In this document: piece after piece, positions 58,234-64,000 of the stretch | Position numbering within the stretch: the first letter of the stretch is position 1 | How the letters are laid out: the number at the start of each line of letters is the position of its first letter | DNA from: Synechococcus sp. | GTDB taxonomy: Bacteria > Cyanobacteriota > Cyanobacteriia > PCC-6307 > Cyanobiaceae | Assembly: GCA_047285535.1 (NCBI GenBank) | Contig: JBJBDC010000001.1 | Coordinates: 2,528,136 to 2,592,135 of the forward strand | Direction: 5' to 3' | Length of the DNA: 64,000 bases | The notes under the pieces: model-generated | Told to the model about the DNA's origin: nothing | Databases searched by the model: none | The model's input: the letters and a program-made list of their open reading frames with translations, nothing else | Program-made: the position numbers and the translations under genes

Positions 58234-59459
58234 TGCCCAAACTCTGGCTAATCAATCAGTTTGCAAATACGCCAGAGCTTCCGGGTCACACGCGTCAATA
58301 CGAAGTGGCTGCAGGCCTGGTGGGCTTCGGTTGGCAGGTGGAGGTGTTTGCGTCCGATTTCAATCTCACGCAGCGTCTGTACAGGCGTCTCCGTTTTCCC
58401 CGTTTGTGGTGTGTTGAGCGTCCTGCTGGTATCCGCTGGATTTGGTTGTGGGTGTCCCCGTATCGACGCAATAACTGGAAGCGTCAGCTCAACATGCTCA
58501 GCTTCTGTCTGCATCTAGGTTTGCGCCTCTTGCCTGTCGCTTTGTGGGGTCGGCTAAGGGGTCAGGGGCCTGATGTGATCGTGGCTAGCTCGCCCCAGCT
58601 TCCAGCTGCATATACGTTGCTATTGATTGCTCGACTGGCTGCCGTTCCTTTTGTTTTGGAGGTGCGTGACCTCTGGCCTCAGGTGCTCATCGATCAAGGC
58701 GGAAAAAGTAAAACGAGCCTGATGGTGATGATGCTTGGTTGGATGGAGCGCCAGCTTTACCGGAAGTCACGCTGCGTAGTGGTGTTAGCAAAAGGCGCTG
58801 AGTCTTTTGTGTGCAAACGCGGAGCAAAAACAACGTTCTGGCTTCCCAACGGCCCAGATCTGGAGTTGTTTGCTCCGCGGCCCTTGCCTCCAGATCGTGC
58901 TGTCTTCACTGTCCTGTATGCCGGTGCCCATGGCGAGGCCAATGCTTTGGACAACGTGCTTGTGGCTGCCCGCTTGTTGGAGTCTTGTCAATCCTCTATT
59001 CGCTTCCGCTTTATTGGTGATGGTCCAGAGAAACAGGCGCTGGTGAAGCAGGCACGCGACCTGAAGTCGGTGTCGTTTGAGGATCCTGTCCCAAAAGCTC
59101 AAATACCAGCCTTGATGGCGGAGTCGGATGCGATGTTGCTGTCTTTGCGTGATGTGCCGTTATTCCGCTACGGCGTGTCTCCAAACAAGCTTTATGACGC
59201 CTATGCCTTGGGACGTCCAGTGATTACGACAGTTGCAGGAGCCATTAATCAGGAAGTGGAGGAGCATGGCCTTGGAGTGACGGCCTCACCCGGTGATCCC
59301 GAAGAACTCGCTGCTGCGATTCTGCGTTTAGCCCAGATGTCCCAGAGCGAGCGTCAGGCGATGGGCACCAGAGGAACTCTTCTGGCAAGAACCACGTATT
59401 CCCGTCAGAGGATCAATGCCCAATATGACGCCGTCTTACGAGAGGTGGTCGGTTCATGA
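58233..59459 (+). CDS. GT4 glycosyltransferase (WbuB-like)
   Basis: INQ...P...G.TR, SSP, EVRDLWP, PNG, YAG.HG.AN.L, GDG.EK, SPNKL.D....G.P. Confidence 0.88.
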   Translation: MPKLWLINQFANTPELPGHTRQYEVAAGLVGFGWQVEVFASDFNLTQRLYRRLRFPRLWCVERPAGIRWIWLWVSPYRRNNWKRQLNMLSFCLHLGLRLLPVALWGRLRGQGPDVIVASSPQLPAAYTLLLIARLAAVPFVLEVRDLWPQVLIDQGGKSKTSLMVMMLGWMERQLYRKSRCVVVLAKGAESFVCKRGAKTTFWLPNGPDLELFAPRPLPPDRAVFTVLYAGAHGEANALDNVLVAARLLESCQSSIRFRFIGDGPEKQALVKQARDLKSVSFEDPVPKAQIPALMAESDAMLLSLRDVPLFRYGVSPNKLYDAYALGRPVITTVAGAINQEVEEHGLGVTASPGDPEELAAAILRLAQMSQSERQAMGTRGTLLARTTYSRQRINAQYDAVLREVVGS

Positions 59460-60346
59460 CGATTGCTGTTTCGGGTGGAAATGGATTCACAGGTCGGTTT
59501 GTTTGTGCTGAATTGCAACGCCGTCAGCAATCTTTCATTGCTGTATTGCGTCCTGGCAGTGATGCCTCATGGATGGAAGCCCATCGGATCCCTGTTCGCT
59601 TCGCTGATCTGAATCAAGCAGTGCAGCTTGCCGAACAACTTCGTGGATGTAGGGCCCTTTTAAATGTTGCTTCGATTGGTTTCGGGGCTGCACCAGCCAT
59701 TATTGAGGCCTGTCAGGTTGCTGGTGTTCAACGTGCCGTGTTTGTGAGCACGACAGCGATTTTTACCCAGCTCAATGCTGGATCTAAAGCCGTTAGGCAA
59801 GCTGCAGAATCCGCTATCACAAGCAGTGATCTTGACACCACGATCCTTCGGCCAACCATGATTTATGGCACGCCAGGGGATCGCAATATGATTCGTCTGG
59901 TGCGTTGGCTGGATCGCTATCCGTTGCTTCCGGTTTTTGGTAATGGACGATCTTTGCAACAGCCGGTGCATGTTTCCGATGTTGCCTGGGCTTTGGTTCA
60001 GGTACTGGAGTCCTCACAAGCGATTGGCCGACAGTTCAATCTTTCAGGCTTAGAAGCGCTGAGTTTTAATGAGGTTGTGAGAATCACGGCCAAGATTCTT
60101 GGTCGTCGGGTTCATCGTTTTCATATCCCTTCCCAGCCGATGGTTGCTTTGCTTCAGTTTGCCGAAAGTATAAACATCAAACTACCAATCAAGTCAGAGC
60201 AAATTCTTCGACTTAATGAAGATAAATCCTTCTCACATCTTGAGGCTAAAAAAACATTTGGTTACAGGCCGAAGAGTTTTGAGGAGGGAATAAGGGATGA
60301 AGTTTCACTATTTCGTATTGGTGGGGATGGCTTGAAATGGTACTGA
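59456..60346 (+). CDS. NAD(P)-dependent epimerase/dehydratase (atypical SDR)
   Basis: SGGNGFTG, FVST, LRPTMIYG, QP.HV.DVA. Confidence 0.82.
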   Translation: MTIAVSGGNGFTGRFVCAELQRRQQSFIAVLRPGSDASWMEAHRIPVRFADLNQAVQLAEQLRGCRALLNVASIGFGAAPAIIEACQVAGVQRAVFVSTTAIFTQLNAGSKAVRQAAESAITSSDLDTTILRPTMIYGTPGDRNMIRLVRWLDRYPLLPVFGNGRSLQQPVHVSDVAWALVQVLESSQAIGRQFNLSGLEALSFNEVVRITAKILGRRVHRFHIPSQPMVALLQFAESINIKLPIKSEQILRLNEDKSFSHLEAKKTFGYRPKSFEEGIRDEVSLFRIGGDGLKWY

Positions 60347-61323
60347 GCGTTGTAACTTTCGCAGCTTTTTGTTGTTGGTTGCTGCTTTGGATGCTGATTC
60401 CGGTGCTGAGGAGGCGTTTACTTGATCATCCCAATGCTCGAAGTGCTCATCAGTGCCCTACGCCGCGAGGAGGAGGGTTGGCCTTTGTGATCGTGGCAGC
60501 TGCCGGCAGTGGCTTTGCAGCTTGGACTGGGGGAGGTGGCTGGGCTCCTTTGCTGATTGCCTATGCACTGCCTCTGGCCGCTGTGGGTTTGCTGGATGAT
60601 CATTTCAATCTTTCGGCCCTTTGGCGTTATGGCGTCCAACTCCTCACCGCGGGAGGGCTGCTCGCGATCAGTCCCTTGTTTCAAGGTTGGATCCCATCGG
60701 TACCCCTCTTCTTTTTTGTGGGTGTAGGGGTGTTGTTGCTGGTCACAGTGACTGCAGTGATTAATTTCACCAACTTCATGGATGGGCTTGATGGGCTGGT
60801 GGCCAGCTGTATGGCAGTGGCTTTCTGCACAGCTTCGCTTCACCTTCGCGGGGCTTTCAGTCTTTGGATTCTGGTTGGAAGTCTGCTGGGCTTTCTGTTT
60901 TGGAATTGGAGTCCTGCAAAGGTGTTTATGGGTGATGTTGGCAGCACCTTTCTTGGTGCTGTTTGGGCGGGTGTGGTGCTCCAGGCCCCTACCTGGCTTG
61001 ATGCTTGCGGTTTGCTTTTGGTTGCTACTCCTTTGCTGGCGGATGCATTGATTTGCGTTCCCCGTCGTCAGTTCGCTGGCCAGCGGGTCTTCCAGGCCCA
61101 CCGTCTTCATCTTTTTCAGAGGCTGTATCAGTCTGGTTGGCCCCATGCACAGGTCGCTCTGCTGTATGTCGCAGTCTCCATTGTTTTGGGTGTCAGCTTT
61201 CTTGTTGGCTCCTTGTCTGCCGTGGCTGCCGTAGCCGTTTTGGCTCTCATGATGGGTGTCTGGCTCGACCAGCGCGTTGCCGTGCCGTTTTCCGAGTCTT
61301 TAACCGGTACGGGGACATCGTGA
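60337..61323 (+). CDS. Polyprenyl-phosphate HexNAc-1-P transferase (WecA/WbpL/MraY family)
   Basis: D.PN.RS.H..PTPRGGG, GLLDD, NF.NFMDGLDG, WN.SPAK.FMGD.GS, HR.HL.Q. Confidence 0.9.
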   Translation: MVLSVVTFAAFCCWLLLWMLIPVLRRRLLDHPNARSAHQCPTPRGGGLAFVIVAAAGSGFAAWTGGGGWAPLLIAYALPLAAVGLLDDHFNLSALWRYGVQLLTAGGLLAISPLFQGWIPSVPLFFFVGVGVLLLVTVTAVINFTNFMDGLDGLVASCMAVAFCTASLHLRGAFSLWILVGSLLGFLFWNWSPAKVFMGDVGSTFLGAVWAGVVLQAPTWLDACGLLLVATPLLADALICVPRRQFAGQRVFQAHRLHLFQRLYQSGWPHAQVALLYVAVSIVLGVSFLVGSLSAVAAVAVLALMMGVWLDQRVAVPFSESLTGTGTS

Positions 61324-63242
61324 GCTGGACACGATCGCGATCAGTTGCTGAATGGGCGACGGGATTTCCTCCGCTCACCAGGCGCTTTCTTCTGATTGGA
61401 CTTGATGCCTGTTTGCTGCCGATGGCGGTGTGGCTGAGCTTCTGGCTTCGCTTGGCTACTCCCTGGCCTTCAGGTTTTCTGCGGGCAGGGCTTTGGATGC
61501 TGTTTGCGGTTCTTCTGATCGGCATACCGCTGTATGCCTTGACTGGCCAGTACAAGGGTCTCACCCGTTACGTAGGGAGTGCTGCGCTGTATCGCCTGGC
61601 TGCCCGTAATGCGCTGTTGGTATTGATCATGTCAGCCGTTGGCGTGATGCTGCGCTTGCCGATGCCGCCTCGCAGTAGCTGGCTTCTTCTCTGGCTTCTG
61701 CTCACCGGTTTTACCGGTGCTGTGCGATTTGCCCTGCGCGACATTCTGCTCAGCCTGCGAGTGGCACAGACCCAGCGCATCAACCGTGTGCTCATCTATG
61801 GCGCTGGTGAGGCCGGTGCACAGCTTGCTGCATCTCTTCAGAGGAGCGGCACGCATCAGGTGTTGGCTTTTTTAGATGACGCTCCAGCTCTCAGGGGGCG
61901 CACGATCAATGGCATTCCGATCCAGTCCAGCGCAGCGATGGTAGTTCGACCAGCGGATGTGGATCAGGTGCTGTTGGCCATTCCTTCGCTCACTCGAAGC
62001 AAGCGCAGCGCCATTGTTAAACGGCTTCAGCAGCAGGGCCTTTCTGTCCTTCAGATCCCTTCCATGGAGGACATCACTTCAGGGAGGGCCCGTATTGATG
62101 CGCTGCGGCCGGTTGCCATCGAAGATCTCCTCGGCCGCGACAGCATTCTTCCCGATCCTCAGCTTCTCGGCCCCGGGATCCGCGGTTCGGTGGTTTGTGT
62201 TTCAGGGGCCGGAGGCTCGATTGGTGCCGAACTTTGCCGCAATATCCTGATGTTGCAGCCACGTCGGTTGATCCTGCTGGAAATCAGCGAACCGGCCCTC
62301 TATTCCATAGAGCAGGAGCTGCAGGTCTCTGTCCAAAAAGGTTGTGAGCTGATCTCGGTGCTAGGAAGTGCAGCCGATGCCGTCCTTGTGCAGCAGCTGT
62401 TTGAGGCTCATCAGGTGCAAGTTGTGTTTCACGCAGCTGCCTATAAGCATGTACCTCTGGTTGAAGCCAATCCAATTGCCGGCTTGGCCAACAACGTATG
62501 TTCCACTCGTGTGCTCTGTAGGGCTGCAGCGAAAAGTGATGTCAGCGAGGTGGTGCTGATCTCCACGGATAAGGCTGTTCGTCCCACCAATGTGATGGGG
62601 GCATCGAAACGGTTGGCTGAACTCGTGGTGCAGGCCTTCGCTGCCGAGGCTGATCAGACAATGACTTCTTCCAACAAGCTCGCCACTCGTTTCTCCATGG
62701 TGCGCTTTGGCAATGTCCTGGGCTCGTCGGGGTCCGTGGTTCCTCTTTTTCGCCGACAGATCAGAGAAGGGGGGCCCATAACCCTGACTCATCCGGACAT
62801 CATCCGTTATTTCATGACGATCCCAGAGGCAGCCCAGTTGGTGTTGCAAGCGGCAGCGTTGGCTCAAGGGGGTGATCTGTTTTTGCTGGATATGGGAGAA
62901 CCGGTGCGTATTAAGGATCTGGCCGAACAGATGGTTCTCCTCAGTGGCCTCTCCCTGCGCGACTCTGGCAATCCTTCCGGTGATATTGAGGTGATTTGTA
63001 CCGGGCTGCGTCCTGGAGAAAAGCTCTTCGAGGAGCTGTTGATTGATGCTGAATCGGAAGCCACTCCTCATCCCTTGATTTTCCGTGCCCATGAGAGTGC
63101 GATTCCGCCCGATCAGCTTTGGCCGCGCCTCGATGCCTTAGAAGCAGCTCTGCTTGCCCAGGATCAAGAGCAAGCTCTTTCTTTGCTGGCGGACCTGGTT
63201 CCGCAGTGGCAGTGCACCGAGAAACGCCATTCATTGCTCTGA
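61320..63242 (+). CDS. Membrane-bound UDP-GlcNAc 4,6-dehydratase (WbpM/CapD/PglF family)
   Basis: N-terminal transmembrane segments, YGAGEAG, IEDLLGR, GAGGSIG.ELC, HAAAYKHVP.VE, STDKAVRPTNVMGASKR, RFGNVLGSSGSV, GLRPGEKL.EEL. The GTG at 61320 overlaps the previous stop. Confidence 0.92.
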   Translation: MSWTRSRSVAEWATGFPPLTRRFLLIGLDACLLPMAVWLSFWLRLATPWPSGFLRAGLWMLFAVLLIGIPLYALTGQYKGLTRYVGSAALYRLAARNALLVLIMSAVGVMLRLPMPPRSSWLLLWLLLTGFTGAVRFALRDILLSLRVAQTQRINRVLIYGAGEAGAQLAASLQRSGTHQVLAFLDDAPALRGRTINGIPIQSSAAMVVRPADVDQVLLAIPSLTRSKRSAIVKRLQQQGLSVLQIPSMEDITSGRARIDALRPVAIEDLLGRDSILPDPQLLGPGIRGSVVCVSGAGGSIGAELCRNILMLQPRRLILLEISEPALYSIEQELQVSVQKGCELISVLGSAADAVLVQQLFEAHQVQVVFHAAAYKHVPLVEANPIAGLANNVCSTRVLCRAAAKSDVSEVVLISTDKAVRPTNVMGASKRLAELVVQAFAAEADQTMTSSNKLATRFSMVRFGNVLGSSGSVVPLFRRQIREGGPITLTHPDIIRYFMTIPEAAQLVLQAAALAQGGDLFLLDMGEPVRIKDLAEQMVLLSGLSLRDSGNPSGDIEVICTGLRPGEKLFEELLIDAESEATPHPLIFRAHESAIPPDQLWPRLDALEAALLAQDQEQALSLLADLVPQWQCTEKRHSLL

Positions 63243-63410
63243 AGTCATCAGTGTCTGTTCGATCAGCAACCTGGGTACTGGTGTCAAAGGATCTTGTACT
63301 TTCTTTCATTGACAAGCTTTTCTTCGATTCAGAGTTGGTCAAAGGCATGGCTCAATATCAGGAGCATTCGTGCATGGCTCTGGCTACGCAGGCCAGCACA
63401 AGGTGGCCCT

Positions 63411-64000
63411 TCAGGCTGTGTTCCCATAACCCTTTGGATTGGCGGATTGCCAGGCCCAGCCATCGCGGCAGATGTCTGCAAGGGAACGCGTGGTACGCCA
63501 GCCAAGACGCTGGGCTGCCAGGGATGGATCGGCCACGGTGATGGCGGCATCCCCGGGACGACGGGCGACTAGTTCGTAGGGCACAGAACGAGAACTGGCG
63601 GCTTCAAAAGCCTTGACTACATCCAACACAGAGGAGCCGCAACCACTACCCAAGTTGACGGTGAGTTGTTGGGGACCTTCTGCAAATAAGCAGTCGAGAG
63701 CTGCTCGGTGGCCTTCGGCGAGGTCCATCACGTGGATATAGTCGCGCACCCCGGTCCCGTCTGGGGTGGGCCAGGTGTCGCCGAACACCTGCAGGCGTTG
63801 ACGCCTACCAATTGCGACCTGGCTGACGAATGGAAAGAGGTTGTTAGGCATGCCGAGCGGGTCTTCTCCGATCCTGCCGCTGGGGTGTGCACCCACGGGG
63901 TTGAAATAGCGCAGGTTGGCAATTTTCCAGGCATTTGGTGAGCTGGCAAACAGGTCAGCGAGCAGTTGCTCAACAGCTGCTTTGGAGTGCCCATAGGGGT
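63411..64000 (-). CDS. galE: UDP-glucose 4-epimerase (5' end outside window)
   Basis: The frame is open to the window edge: PYGHSK (YxxxK), LRYFNPVGAHPSG.IGEDP.G.PNNL.P, DGTGVRDYIHV.DLA.GH, RRPGD. Confidence 0.93.
   Translation of the reverse strand, partial: PYGHSKAAVEQLLADLFASSPNAWKIANLRYFNPVGAHPSGRIGEDPLGMPNNLFPFVSQVAIGRRQRLQVFGDTWPTPDGTGVRDYIHVMDLAEGHRAALDCLFAEGPQQLTVNLGSGCGSSVLDVVKAFEAASSRSVPYELVARRPGDAAITVADPSLAAQRLGWRTTRSLADICRDGWAWQSANPKGYGNTA

Noticed and set aside
60418..63092. Long antisense ORFs (60418-61146, 62361-63092; likewise 9904-10584, 36851-37480, 30266-30772)
   Set aside because: They are shadow ORFs opposite well-supported genes and carry no motifs.
1..64000. CRISPR arrays, tRNA/rRNA genes, IS elements, phase-variable G/C tracts, HIP1 enrichment
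   Set aside because: None seen on reading. GCGATCGC occurs only sporadically and homopolymers are mostly short A/T runs. A computational scan would be needed to exclude small RNAs.

Overview
This window looks like marine picocyanobacterial DNA (Synechococcus-like), inferred from the protein sequences and gene neighbourhood. Housekeeping genes occupy the two ends: uvrD/pcrA, a tRNA nucleotidyltransferase and an oxidoreductase-selD fusion on the left, and galE on the right. Between them is a ~58-kb, entirely plus-strand surface-glycan (LPS O-antigen/capsule-type) island of about 45 genes. Its modules are: (i) a Pseudomonas/Bordetella-type wbpD-E-(A)-I-B diacetamido-uronic acid module in which wbpA is a pseudogene missed by the ORF track; (ii) an ABC flippase-like exporter; (iii) a CDP-sugar module (rfbF, rfbG, rfbC-like, C-methyltransferase, aminotransferase, CmcI-like) split by an AT-rich MBOAT+SGNH acylation cassette; (iv) a Campylobacter-type ptm/leg legionaminic-acid module; (v) three N-acetyl-sugar amidotransferases, paired respectively with a HisF-HisH fusion, a separate HisH/HisF pair, and an eroded hisH/hisF pseudogene pair; (vi) an asnB / bi-domain oxidoreductase / wecC / heparinase-like / GT4 module; (vii) wbpL/wbpM-like initiation genes. 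I found no RNA genes, CRISPR arrays or intact mobile elements. All family calls come from recognising motifs by eye, not from database searches. Several start codons were moved from the ORF-track positions.
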